Part shown: positions 34,202 through 47,515 of the stretch, piece after piece
How positions within the stretch are numbered: the stretch's first letter is position 1
Layout of the letters: the number at the start of each line of letters is the position of its first letter
DNA from: Oikopleura dioica
Taxonomy: Eukaryota > Animalia > Chordata
Length of the DNA stretch: 64,000 bases
Assembly: GCA_907165135.1 (NCBI GenBank)
Contig: OU015566.1
Location: forward strand, 12,462,001-12,526,000
Direction of reading: 5' to 3'
The notes under the pieces: model-generated
Seen by the model: only the letters and a program-made list of their open reading frames with translations
What the model was told of the DNA's origin: nothing
Database searches by the model: none
Made by a program: the position numbers and the translations under genes

Positions 34202-34791
34202 TACTTTACCTATTTACATTTACTTCTTACCTTTCAAAATTCATTCAAAGTCTTATTTTTTATCAGAGCAAGATTGGTAAGCTTGGGTGGGGCATAAGTT
34301 TGGGGTTAATCGGGTTTACTCACATATTGGATTTTTCAGCCAATAAATGTTGATAATTTTAGCCTCTGATTGGCTGAAATTCCCCATAGCACACTTATCT
34401 TTCTTTATATATTCGAAAATGTGCCCACCCTAGTTTAAACTCAAGCTCTTTTTTGTTTATACATAAAACTTCTACCACTACTAGCGACTACTTGGGACTA
34501 TCACCAACCCTTTGGCAGTAAAACTCAACTTCTAGCCAATCAAAACTTGCCAGCAAAGGTTTTAGTCCTAGACAGTCACAAAAACAGCAAAGTTCATTCA
34601 ATCTTCAATCATATTTTCTGTTACCAAAAGCAATCAAAAGTCATCTGTATATCTCTTTGTATCCGAAATACGAAAAAACGCTCGCTCATCCTTCTTTTTT
34701 GTTTTATTTAATATTTAACTTCAACAAGAAAATAAACTTTTCAAATTTCGAAAACTTTATAATTTCTTTTTCCAACTGTTTCATTCAAGAG

Positions 34792-36113
34792 ATGAGGGGA
34801 TTCGATTACAGCTTCAGTACAGTAAGCAGTGCACCGATACAGCGCCAGAAAATCCGTCTCACAGCGAACTGTCCATTTCGTATTTCAAAAGTATCGCTGA
34901 TTCCGGATCCACATCCGGACCCGAATGAGGTTGAAATCGTTGTCGGATCGCTGGACGAAGATCTGGCTCAAGTGAGAATTTACAAAAGAACAGCTGATAA
35001 TCAACTCAAAAAAGAATATATTCATGAGCTCGACTCGCCAATTACCGATATCGGATGGGTAAGAATAGCAAAAGAGTCTTGATGTATAAATATGTGGATT
35101 AGATTCAACACAACGCGATGCTAACCGCTCAAGCTAATGGAAAAAGGAAGATGTGGCGTGTAATTGACTCGTACAACAACAGAATGAGTGAAATCTACGA
35201 GTGGGAAGCTGCTACTTCGAGAATTGCAGCGCTCTCGGTCTTTGGTTATGCCTCGATTGGGCAGGATGCGTTCGTTACTGCAACAGAGGTAGCATAATCA
35301 CTTTTTACGAATTTCGTCAATGCTTCTTAGTCTGGAAATATTTGCATTTTCTCGCCTAATGACAAGACTCCGTTGAGGACTTACAAAGATGAATGTGCCG
35401 TGAAAACTTGTGAAGGTATAATCAACCGATTACTGAACCCCTAATGCTTGTTTCTAGCGCTTTCTACCGGACAAATCTTGGCCGGGAACGAATTCGGACA
35501 GGCTAAGATCTTCGATCCTCGAGCAAATACAGTTGATCCAGTTTTGATCTTGGACGTTGGCGAGCCTGCCATAGCGGTGCTCTCGATCGCCCAGCATCCC
35601 GGTAGAACGCATTTGATCTTGGGTGGATGTTCTGATGGAAATTTGACGCTATGGGATGTACGAAAAGGCACTGATGAGCCTCTAGTCGTTGCTCGGCACG
35701 AGGGAGCGATTCTTGATGTAAGTATATACAGTATCTGTACTACAGATGGTTGTTACAGTAGCTTATACAACGCCGGAAGAGGCCTTATCATCAAAATAAC
35801 ATGTGAATTCCAATCTGAAAATTTGCATCCAAAATATAGATATCTTTCAGACCAAATTCCATCCTCATCATTCGATTGCGATGACAGCAGGCTCTGACTC
35901 AAAGATCCTCTTGCAAAACGGACAGTGGGAGCCAGAACAAATACAGCAAGCTGAAGCGAGAGACATGTCCGCAGAAAATACTCTAGAGTAAGTTTCCCCT
36001 TTTCAACTTCTTTCTAAACCTTTTCTAGGGCTATAAACTCGATCTCGATGCAAGGAGACCACTGGGCAGCAGGTGGTGATGATGCCATGTTGATAAGTGA
36101 TATTTTCCGATAA
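34792..36113 (+). CDS. NUP43: WD40 protein, Nup43-like
   Basis: SIAQHPGRTHLILGGCSDGNLTLWDVRKG..RHEGAILD..KFHP matches the Nup43 WD repeats. Confidence 0.75.
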
Positions 36114-36281
36114 GCTCAAACGAAAACAACACGCTTTCACTTTAGGTTAATTTTGAAATGAACCATTTCACTGTACACTTCACCCTTTTACAGTGCACTG
36201 CCAAACCTGCACTTTTTTCTACCATCAACGAAACGTATCATCCTTTTTCGTGTTCAGATCCATTCGAAATCGATAAATATC

Positions 36282-39183
36282 ATGAGCTGTACGTGCAATA
36301 GACTTTATAAACCGAAGCATCGGCGGCAAGTGGATCGTATTTATCCCAGCGATCCAAAGAATGACAAGCCCATCAGAGCGGAGATGGACAAACTCGTCTA
36401 TTATTCGATGGCGCATCCAGAGAAGCTCGACCGATTAGGGGTCTACCTTTCTGATATTCTGGAAGACGCGATTTATCGGAAACAACAGGGGTGGACGAAA
36501 ATCTCTATTGACGCTATTGAAGCTTTGCTTCGTGCCTGTCAGGCTCCGCAGATCAATCTCTTTGTACAGTCCTACATGGAAATGTGCAGAATGCTGCTAG
36601 AATCAGACTGCACTAAGGCTAGAAAATGGGGAGCGTCGGCTTTCGTTTCATTCTGCGATGTGGATGAAGAGGGCAATCATGAACGGAGCTACGAAGCGTT
36701 TATTGACATCTTTTGCAAGTTCTGCCACGAAGATGGGAAGAATAAGGAGGATGTGAAAACTTTGAGGATTTGTGGAATTCAAGGACTGCAAGGAGTCGTC
36801 AACAAAATGAGCAAGACGAAGATGGGAGAGAGGTTGATCGCGCAAAGTTCGAAAAAAATCATACCCAGCTTGCTTTACAATATGAACGATAGTTTAGGTA
36901 AGACACCCTTTTTATTTCCTTTCTATAAAGTTTATACATTTTAGACGCGGGTCAAACTGGCCCCGGATCCCTCCGATACAAAGCAGAAGAAGTCATTCGC
37001 GAGCTCCTCTCCATCGCTGTTTTGTCGCAAATCGACATCATTGTCAAGCCACTTTTGAAACACTGCGATCATCATCAACTTTGGGAGACTGAAAACTCGA
37101 TCGTTTGGGCGGAATTGTTCATGAAATCTGTCAGATTGAGCTACTCCCACTATATTGTAAAGCTGATCATGGAACATACGGAGCATAAAGACTTTGACTC
37201 TGAAAAAGGTAAACTAACAGCTCTTGTCGTATTTTTTATGATCATTTCAGGGTTGCTGAAAAAACGAGGAATTCTGAACTGCATCTCGCAGATCTCCAAA
37301 ATCCCAAAAGCCTCCACGATGAGTACCATTGCTGGCGAGCTATTACAGTACATTCTTCGCGGGATCGAGAAACACGGGGATCATGAGCAGCTCGTCGATC
37401 AATACACAAGTACCTGTGGCGCCATTATCGGTCATCTTGAAAGCGTCGTTCAAGTGGAGCTTATTCGTTCGATGATTCATGCTCTTCAGAAGGCAAAGAA
37501 GAGGGAAGCTCTTTTGGGAGCAATTCATTACGCGCTTTCCTTCTGCGATGTTTCGCGCCAAAACGAGTACAATATTCAATCGGACATTGTCAACCCGCTC
37601 ATCCACATTACCGCCCCTCTGATGGCCAAATCAACTCCTGAAGAGCGCAAAGCCCTCTCGAAGATCGTCATCTACTGCCTCGATTACAGCAAAAACGCGC
37701 CTGTTCTCAATAGATCTGGATCCTACCACAATCAAGAGGTCCATCTAGCAAAAATGGGAAGTATTCATTTACGTCAAGATGCAGGAGATATCACCGTTTG
37801 GCTACTGGAAAATCTAGCTCAGCCCAAAAACACAACGCAGAACTATCTTCTCTATTACCAGGTAAAATTTATTCTCTGTTCATTCAAGTTGAAAATCTAA
37901 TAAGAATCATTTCTTCGAGGAAAATTTAGTTATCGAATCTTATATAAACTTCAGAATATCCTTGTTTTTCGACATTTATTAATGTTTCATAATAAGATTC
38001 TTATTCAGTATTACTGTTTTCTCCTTTATTTTAACGACTGATTGACGCTGTTTTTAGCTGATGGGTGTCTTGGTATGCGAGCTTGGCGAAGAAATTTTGA
38101 CGCAGATCATCCGTCTCCTTCTAGCTTTCCAGGTAATTTCCGTGCCTAATATCTTATCATCACTTCGATAGTCATAATTTATGATCAGAAATATAATTTC
38201 TGCGCCACTGATCTATAAATATTTTTATATGATTACAATCATTCAATTTTATGGGAGTAGGCTTGTCATAAAAAAGAATCTGACGGTCCAATTAAGACTA
38301 TAAAATATATTTTTAGGATAAGATCACAAGTGCTGATACGCTGCGTCATCAAGCACACGCTTGTGTGGGTGCTACTTTTGCCCTTTTAGCTTCTCTTTTC
38401 GTCGATTTACAGGAGCGGGTTTCTTTTATTTCTCTTCAAAATCATCATGGAATCAAAAATGAACCCAGAGTCAGCCCTTAGTTCTCCCGATCCTTTCCGA
38501 ACGTCGAAATCACCGCCCTCAACTCGCTCCTGAAGCTCTTTTCTCAAGTTCTAGCGACGCATTGAGGCGCTCGACAGCGAATTTATTCGCAGAAGACAAC
38601 TCAGAAAAGTACCTCTTCCGAAGAGCCGATATTTGCTCAAAACTAAAGCATGCTGGTTTCGATACATCCTCGATCAGGTGAGAAAAAACTCAAAGAAGGG
38701 TCCCACTAATGTCTCATTTTCTAGCGACCCTCTTGGCAAAGTCGACCAATTGTCTGTTGATTCATCTGGTCTTTCAGTTTCAAGATCACGCGACCTTGAT
38801 ACTGAATCCATTCATTTAACAGTACAAGATGGTGCTGATGACACACCATTACTGACAGATGGCAACGAAAACACACCTTCTATCAAGGGTCTTCTGGCGC
38901 TGCTAAAAGACGCGCCCAAGGGAAAAGAAGATCGAAAACTCATGCTTCAAAAGGTGACCCCCGTGCCCTTTTTCTTGATTTCACTGACGAGTTCTTTCAG
39001 AAACAAGCAGAGTTACAAAAACTCGACTTCAATCAAGTGGTCGCGCGACTTGAAAAAACGCGGAAACGCGACTCGGAACTCATGCAGCGAATCATGGAGC
39101 ATTCAGAAGCTGCCTCCGAGCGTGGATTCATGCACGATTACAAACCAGCCGACATTGGCTCGCCTCCTTTCTTCATTTACTAG
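36282..39183 (+). CDS. EFR3: EFR3 (PI4KA plasma-membrane scaffold)
   Basis: N-terminal Cys cluster MSCTC; RQVDRIYP; MDKLVYYSMAHPEKLDRLGVYL; LLRACQAPQINLFVQSY; last exon ends ..PPFFIY* at 39183. Confidence 0.93.
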
Positions 39184-39358
39184 AAACAAATTGCTACAAA
39201 CTCCAATATGTTGCCTACAGATTCAATTCACGTACATATCATACTGTCTTTAATCGCTTTCTGTTCATCAAAAAAATTGTATATTTTCTTTAGCCAAAAT
39301 TCAAATTTTCAATAAAAATTCATTCATAAAAAATTTTGTTCTCATCTATGTAATCTAG

Positions 39359-40390
39359 ATGGAAAGATTAGAGGAGGAAGTGTCCCCTGAAGCGTTTTGG
39401 AAGGATTACATACAGAAGCTGAAGCCCTGTTTAATTGGAAATTGGCTGACAGATTCATGGTCGTCCAGGAAAGACTGGGTCAAAGAGGAAAGGATAGACG
39501 TCGATTTCTTGATGGAAAAATATGGCCATCTTCAAGTCCCGGTCACAAACTGTTCGACTGAGGACTTCAAATGTTCCTCGATGCTTTTTAGAGAGTATCT
39601 CCGCTATCTGCAGGAGAGGAGGAGAAATGCGTCAGAAGATATTCTTTATTGCAAAGATTGGCATTTGGCCTTGATAGATAAGACGTTTTATGAGTGGCCC
39701 GAGTTTTTTCGCAAAGACTGGCTGAATGAATACTGTTTGAAGACAGATTTCTCCGACTCTGATTATCGCTTCGTTTACATCGGCGTGAAAGACACTAAAA
39801 CGCCGCTGCATAGAGATGTCTTGGCGAGTCATAGTTGGAGTTCAAACGTAGGTAAGGGGTTCAGTTTCTTTCGGAAGAAAAATGCGGATTTTAGTTGGCA
39901 AGAAACTTTGGCACTTTTGGAAAGACCCTTTGCCCGAGAGACTGCTTGGAACATACTCTACTGACGGGGAATTTCTAAAGACGGCAGATTTGGTTGTTGT
40001 TCAAAACTCTGGCGAGACGATTTTCGTCCCTTCTGGCTGGTTTCATCAAGTAAAGAACTTAGAGGACACGATTTCGATCAATCATAATTGGATAAACGAG
40101 GCGAGCATACAAAATACCTGGAAGCATCTTCTTGTAAATACATTTTTTGAATCTACTGTAATGAGATTTATATAAAGGAAGAATTGAAAGCGGTGGAAGA
40201 AGAGTTAGAATATCTCCACAGGAAAGGACTAGCAGATCTTTCTAGAGCTTATTGTCCCTGTTTTCCAAAAACGCTTAAAACATTTCAAATCGAAAACAGA
40301 GATAGATTTAGGTAACCCTGTGTAATCCTCAAAAGCGGGATGGAGGACGCAGAATGGACGGAGACATGTCAGGCTAGGGCTATTTATCGC
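39359..40390 (+). CDS. JMJD4: JmjC 2-oxoglutarate oxygenase JMJD4 (3' end unresolved)
   Basis: LYCKDWH, DWLNEY, DYRFVYIG..TPLHRDV..SHSWSSNVVGKKLW, IFVPSGWFHQVKNLEDTISINHNW. Confidence 0.9.
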
Positions 40391-40801
40391 TGATAAATAA
40401 TTTATATTCTCCGCGAAAGATAATTCTATTTTTTCCATCTGGCAAAAGGAGTTCACAACTTGAACTCTGCGTTCGATTAACGCTACACAAAAGGGTACAT
40501 TTTCGGAAACATAGAAGAAAAGATTCCTCTCCGAATAATGTCGTAAAAGAATATGCTTTTCCCTTATTGTAAATACAAAATATCGGTCATATTTTCCAGC
40601 TTCAAATATTATACAATCAGCTTTGCGTAAGGCAAGAATTCGAACATGATTTATGATGATATAATAATGATAATCAAGACCATTCAAGCAGAAGAGAAGC
40701 TCAATTTTCGTGTCAACAATGGAGCAATTATCATTTCCCAATTCGGGTGTTATGTAAAGTGATTTTATAATACTTTCTCGGGTGGAAAATAAGACCCTCA
40801 T
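40229..40801 (-). CDS. Possible uncharacterised protein (190-aa ORF)
   Basis: Long ORF in AT-rich DNA; no recognised domain; 3' part overlaps putative JMJD4 exons. Confidence 0.3.
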   Translation of the reverse strand: MRVLFSTRESIIKSLYITPELGNDNCSIVDTKIELLFCLNGLDYHYYIIINHVRILALRKADCIIFEAGKYDRYFVFTIREKHILLRHYSERNLFFYVSENVPFCVALIERRVQVVNSFCQMEKIELSFAENINYLSAINSPSLTCLRPFCVLHPAFEDYTGLPKSISVFDLKCFKRFWKTGTISSRKIC

Positions 40802-42097
40802 CTAGTATTCAGAATCATGGAAAACATATTTTTCAAGGCTTCATTCGGAGAGGGATATTTTCTTCTAAGTCTCCGAAAAAATTGACTTATTGGTAATTCA
40901 ATTTGCAAAAAATATTATTGAAAAGACAGGTTGATCGAAGCCGCAAAGGAGAACGGCAAGAAAATCGATAGATTGTTACATTGGCTCAAGTTTGCCGTTC
41001 AACCCTCTTTGTCATCGGATAATTTATCGATCTCGCTGCGAAAAAAATTGTTTGTTCCCGCATCTCGCCGCCTGAATTTACATTTCGATAATTTACAAAA
41101 AAAGCCCAGAGAAACAGAAGATCCTCAAGGCTCAAACGAGCATGGATTTTGAAGATTTTCGCAAATTTTTGCAATTTTTCGAAGGAAAAGGAGGTTACTT
41201 GTATCAGTATAAGCATTTTAAAATCTTATTTTCTGCAGGACTACCATAATTTTACCCTCTTTCAGACCGCTAATCAAATTCTTATCAGTTCTAGTTGATT
41301 TTAAGGGTATACACGTCGATAAAAACTCAAAAATACGCAAATTTTCGCTGAAAAAGAATAGTTCTAGATGTTCATCCCTTCATTCTTATCAACTCATGAA
41401 TCATCATTTCTAGATATGAAAGCCACCCACGCAATAGAATAAAATTCTTTTCCAGATTTGTTTTTCATTTGCAAAAATCAGAGATCAAGAAAACAGATAA
41501 CGAAAAAGGCTTTTTACGCGTGACTTTTTCCGCGAATCAGAACAGAGTTTAGGCCCCATTATTTTTCATTTTTTGAAAGCCTTTGCATAAAATAATTGTT
41601 AAAGAGAATAATAATAATTTCCGAATTGTCGATGACGTCATTCGCCACCGAGACGAGGATCTTTCTTTTTGAAAAAAGACGGGGTTTTCGACCACTCAGA
41701 GGCCGCGATATTTTTTCTTTCTTTCAAAAAGAGAATCTTTACTTGATGATTTTTTCTTTGTTGATTTTAGCACGTAATTACCCACTCACGCCGCTTCCTC
41801 GTTTTTCCTTCATTTTCCTAAAGGGATCAATATCGAGAAAGCCGCAAGCGGCTTTCTGGGCAACTTTTTTGTCGCGGCTTTCTTTTTTTCTTGAAAATCG
41901 CTGTTAACGCCCTTAATTTACGAATTCTAGAAAATCTCCTTCAGATAGAGCTCAAATTGCAAAAGATCTTCTTATTGAAGTTCAAAAATCCATTTCTGCT
42001 TCGAAATCTGAAGAATAGATACTCAAGCTTGTTCTTTATATTCCCTGTTTTCAGATTGTTTATGTGTAAATAATTGTACTAAACGAAACTCGGAAGA

Positions 42098-45000
42098 ATG
42101 CAGACAATGGAACCAACAGCAGACCAACTCCGCATCGCCACGATGTTCGAAGGCGACGGCGGAAACGACAAAGATCTTGAGCGCAAGATCAAGCAAGTCA
42201 CAGAATTTACAGGCTGCTCTAACGATCAGGTCACTTTCTTTTCTTGTTTGTGTTTTAAAATGCTCTTCAGGCCGCCGTGGCGTTGTACGACTGCGACAAT
42301 GACATCCAAATGGCCTGTTTGAAGGTGATGGACGCTGGCGGAGACTCTGCGAAAGAGGCTGACAATTGGACTGCAGTCGAGAAACCAGTCAAGAAAGAAA
42401 GAGACCCTTCGGTAAGTTGAAAGCTCAAATGGGGCTCTCTCGAATTTCTCTTGCGGAAATTGATGTTTATTAAATTTTTAGGCGGACAAATGGGCAAGCG
42501 AAAGAGCAGTGGACAACTTCACTGGTCGTGGTCGAGGACGTGGACGCGGCTACTTCGACGGCGGCCGCGGTGGTCGAGGAGGACGAGGACGCAGCTTCGC
42601 CAATGGCGAGCGCCGCGAATTCAGAGACTACGAAGATCGCGGCAATCGAGGCTCTTTCGGCGAGCGTGGACGGGGACGAGGCCGTGGTCGGGGAGACCGG
42701 GGCGGATTCCGAGGCCGCAGCGAACCGTTCCGTGGCTCTGGCGGAAGAGGAGCTCCACAGAATGAGAGCCGAAGTCGAAACAGGTAAACAAATCTTTTAA
42801 ATTGAAATGCGTATTTTCCGTTATTGGTTTATTTTCGAGAAGAGCCTCTCAGAAGGCGCGAAAAATTCCTAGACTGTTATTAATTCACCGGCACTTTAGT
42901 AATATATTCCGAGGTGAATTCGATTAGAAATTTGTTTTTGAGTTTCTATTTGGAAATAACCCAGTTCCAGCGGGTGTTATTTTTGAGTCTGAAGGACAAA
43001 ACAATTTGTAAACATAAATCCTTATTTTTCAAGACGACAACACAGCCCATCTGGATCGGATATTGGCAGTGATGGCGGCTGGGGCAAAGAAGAGGAGAAA
43101 ATCACTGTAAGTTTAAATTCTCGATTCAAACTCTTGATGACTTGTTTTTCGATAGAACTGGAGCAATAAGGAATTCACCCGCGACGGCTGGAACGAACCC
43201 GATTCTTCGGAAAGATTCAATCACAAGCAGCAAGGTCAAGAGCAGCCCTTGCCTGATTGGAGTGACTCGCCTAAAGTTGGTGCCCCAGTTCCAGGAAAAG
43301 TCGAGCAGTGGCAGAACAACCAGACGAGCAGCCAGAGCAACGCGTGGGATCAAGAGGACAGCTGGAGCACAGAGCAGAAGCCTGTTGTCCAGGAAAGCCA
43401 GCCCAAGAAACAGCACAATGTGGAAGCTAACCAATGGGCCGCCGAGCCTGCTGAACCCGTTTCGTGGGACAGCGCGCCGCAGATGCAGAGCTGGAGCCAG
43501 CCACAGCAGCCGGAACCTGTTCAGCAAGCGCCACCACCTCAGCAAAAGTGAGTTCAAGTCAACCATTCTTTCTCTAACCCTACTTTAGCCATTGGCATTC
43601 GGAACCTGCTCAGGTCAGACAGCCAGTAGTTCAGCCCGAAGATACCCAACGACAGGAGCGTTTGGCGAAGATCTTCAACCAACAGGCGCAGATTTCTGAA
43701 CAGGAACCCAGAAAGGTACTCGTCAATCATTTTTATATCGCTATTCAATTGCGTGTTAGGTGGTACCGGCTCCACAGAAGGCTCCTCAGCCAAAGCCCGT
43801 GGCGCAGCAGAAGCAGTCGAGCATCGGTCCACCTGGCCTCCACAAATCGTCAGTTGCTGATCCAGTTCTTAGTTTTGGTAGATCTCCTGAAGACGCAGGA
43901 CGGTAAGTTTGACAGTCTGTTGCGAATATTCTCGTACAATCATTGTTTTGATTCAAACCTTTTTTGATTCAAACCTTTTTTGATTCAAAAAGGGAATCCA
44001 CGTAAAAATATCCACTCTAATAACGAATCAGTTGTCTGCTGGTGAATCGACATTCGAACATTCAAGTGAAGAATCCAACTTGTATAAACACGTTTTGTTT
44101 TTAGACGTCTTCCACCACCAACTCGAAGAACGATCAAAAAAGGCGTCCTCCAGATGCCAGAGGATCGAGACGACATGCCCAAGGCCAGCCAGTTTGTTTT
44201 CGGCAACATTGAAAGCACTGATGATGTTGACTACTCCCGCGCTCAGGTACGACGAGCCATCCTCATTTTCTGTCTAATCCCCGCTCTAGAAATACTCGGA
44301 AAAGCCCTCGCCCCCATTAAAACAGCCCTCTGCCCCTGGTTATGCACCTCAATCTCTTCACCAACCAGCACAGACGCGAAAACCCACTGCCACCACTCAA
44401 TCAGATCAACCGAAAGAGCAAAACAAACCTGAGCCCCAACAAGTCGCAGATCCAGGTACAGCCCCTGCTCGAGCTTTCGCCAATTCCACCTCTGCGAATG
44501 CGCAAACACGCACCTTCCAAAGTCAAGCACGTCCCGTACAGAATTACGCTCGCAATCAAAATACACAGCCAAGCACACACAGACAGCCTCGTGTTCAGTT
44601 ACGGCTTCAAATAATTAAATAAAAATGATATCTTGATTGAGGGATGAGCATGAACTGAGCGTGTTAGTGGGTGGTCGATTCGGAAAAACCGAAACGCTAG
44701 AATCTATTAGTCGTTGTTGGAAATAAACGAAAGAATAATCAACTGTCTATCGACTTGATTCTCTGATTTGTTTCTAGTCGTCGTTGTACTAATCGTTCTT
44801 TCATACTAACCAATTTCATCAATCATCATTCTGTTAAATCCAAATCGACTGCCCTGCTAACAGTTCAATTCTAGGCCTCTCGTATCACAGATATGCGCGG
44901 GAAAAGGAACGCGCCGAGTCCGACCTAAGAAACTTACTGAAGCCGAATCCTCAGAGCTCGACGGCCAAGCCCGCCCAGCAACAGAGCAGAGAGCAGGGTG

Positions 45001-46279
45001 GACCCGTTTCGTCCACTGGAGTCGTTCCTGGACTTTCTGTTCCAGCCAGGACCTCGCCCAACAATCCTCAAAGTACTGGTGAGTACAGGGAGAAAGTAGA
45101 CAGCTGATAAAGATCCAAGTCATTTCATTAGCTTATGAATTGAATTTTAATTTCCTTGGTGTTTTTTTAATCGCAATTGTTGATTAAGAGTTATTATTCA
45201 AGAGAACTGCTCCTTATGCTAATTTGGGGAATATTTTCTGAATAAAAGAATCCAAATTCTATAAACGTTTCAATTTATATTTGATTGACGAAGATATCCG
45301 TTCAATAATAACCGTGACAATTATTTTAATTTATGCTTCAGGACAAATGGGCTCCATCTCTGCGCCAGGTCAAGGTCGATCCGGCTCAATTGGCAACGTC
45401 CGCACTGCTGGACTCGGGCATCAGCCTTACTCCCAGCATGAAAATATCATGGTAAGAATAGCTCACAGTCGCACGCGTTCTGTCTAATCGTCTAAATGTT
45501 TTCATTTTTGTAGTTCGAGGACTCGTATCATCCTAAGTCCTATCCGTCCTATTTGGAGGTAAAGGAGCATTTGATTGATCATTTTACTTTTGTTTCTTCT
45601 TTTCCTTTCAATTTTAATCTAACAAAAAATTAATACCCGCGTCGCCAGAATCAAACAAAAATCAACGAAAAAGTTCATCTTTTTGTCGATGGGTTTTCAA
45701 AAGTATTGTTTTAGTATCAGCCATCGATGAATCAAGGATACGACATGATCCAAATTCAACGACCGAATGTGTCGAGACATTCTGACGATGGTCTTCGAAG
45801 TCAGGGACTTGGCGGATTCCAGGCTTTCACTGGTTCCATTCAGGAATGTGGGTTGAAATAAACGAAGAAACTCTTCATATAGTCATGGCTTTGAATCTCT
45901 TTTCAACCCATTTTGAAGCCACAACAATACTACGCGCCTATCCCACAGTACTACCCAATGACTGTGCAGCGTTCAAGTAAGCCTCAGCACCCCAAATTCA
46001 CCAGTCTTACCCTTTTCTTCCATTTTAGGTTCCGCTTATGCTCCAATGTACTCGTCCGCTCAGGCGGGTAACACGACAGACTCAATGCGAAGCATGAGAA
46101 CTCAGCAACAAGAGACGCCCCCACCATTTCTGTCGACAAATGCCTACGGCCAGGTATGCCGATCCTTGCGGCGCGAGTAACTCTTTCTTTAGGGCTTTCC
46201 AAACATCCTGATTCCTCCAGGAGCGAGTGCCCAGCTCGGGCCTCATGGCCAGCACCCAGACAACCGAGGACCTCGTTAG
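42098..46279 (+). CDS. UBAP2: UBAP2/UBAP2L (lingerer) homologue
   Basis: PTADQLRIATM..LERKIKQVTEFTG..ALYDCDNDI UBA-like domain; RGG box; FVFGN motif; long Q/P/S-rich tail over many exons. End approximate. Confidence 0.85.
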
Positions 46280-47515
46280 TCTTCTTTTTGGATATGTAAT
46301 TATGTTTTACATATGTAAATTGACCAAGGCTACGCTCCTCTCTCGCTGGATTAAAAACTGGTCGGGAAGAATCTCCTCAAAAATAAAATAAAAAATAATA
46401 TTGTTTTCTCCTGTTTCCGTCTCTGTCTGCCCCCTCCCCCCAAAAATCTCGTGTTCCTTTCGGTACACTTTCAAAATGCTAAGAATCTAAAATTGGATGA
46501 TCCACCAAAAACTCAAAAATCTGGTGTTGATCTCCACGCTCAAACCAAAAAAAAAAGAATAATTCCCTGTTCGTCTGTTCATTCCCACTAGGCCAATTTT
46601 ATTCGTTAGGTTCATTTTTCCTCAAGACTTCATTAAATTTTCACTCTCTAAAACTACATGTAGCTGCCTGTACTCAATTCAAGTCTAAATTTTTGTCGCA
46701 CAGGGCGGCTTTTACATCTTCTACTCTTCTTCTTTTTTCACGGTCTCAGTAAAGAGATTGCGGATTTCTTCCTGACAAGATAATAAACCAACAGAATATT
46801 CATCCCTCCTGTGTTACGCCCTTGTTTAAAGTAAACTTGCTTATCAAAAGACACTAGAAAAGCTAGAAAAGAGCAGCAGCCTAACTCAACTCAACCTATC
46901 CATTCAAAAACCTCAAGAAAACGAAAACGAGGCAGAAATATACTTGAGATTATGCACTCTTTGAACTCCCACAGACGCCCCGTAACTGCCACCTGAGGTC
47001 GCCATGTGCAACACATTTTTTATCGTGAGTACTCATTTTACAGTAAACAAAAATACAGTCGTACTAAAGTCAAATCCAACTTGTTCAAATTTCCCCTACT
47101 ATTACTTCTTTGAGACACTTTACCGTTCGAATCCCCCCAAAGATACTGTATCGTGAGTGTACTTTGTGTTAAAAGTTAAAGAGCTTCAGTTACATCACGC
47201 TGCGATAAAAAATAATAAAATATCGGAATTATGTGAGACTCGATTGAAAGAAAAACTCCAAAAAGCAAGCTTTTCTTTGTGGAGAGTATACTCTCTGTCG
47301 TCAATGAGTTCTAAAGAAGCATCACAAGAGAATAAAATTGGTATAATTGCAATGTATCTCGCAAATAATTTGATGGAGTATGTTGTGTAACTACATTTTA
47401 CATAAAGAAGGTTCTTTGATATACGCGCGTGTTGTAAAATATTCTACTTATATTATCAGCTCGTTTCATAATTTCAATCGACTTGATTTCACGCAAGAAT
47501 AATCGCAGTTTATTC

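Noticed and set aside
43946-43989. 16-bp tandem repeat GATTCAAACCTTTTTT (about 2.5 copies)
   Set aside because: No spacers, so not CRISPR-like; an ordinary intronic slippage duplication.
44620-44780. Box C/D snoRNA in a UBAP2 intron
   Set aside because: Box-like words are too close together or degenerate, with no terminal stem.
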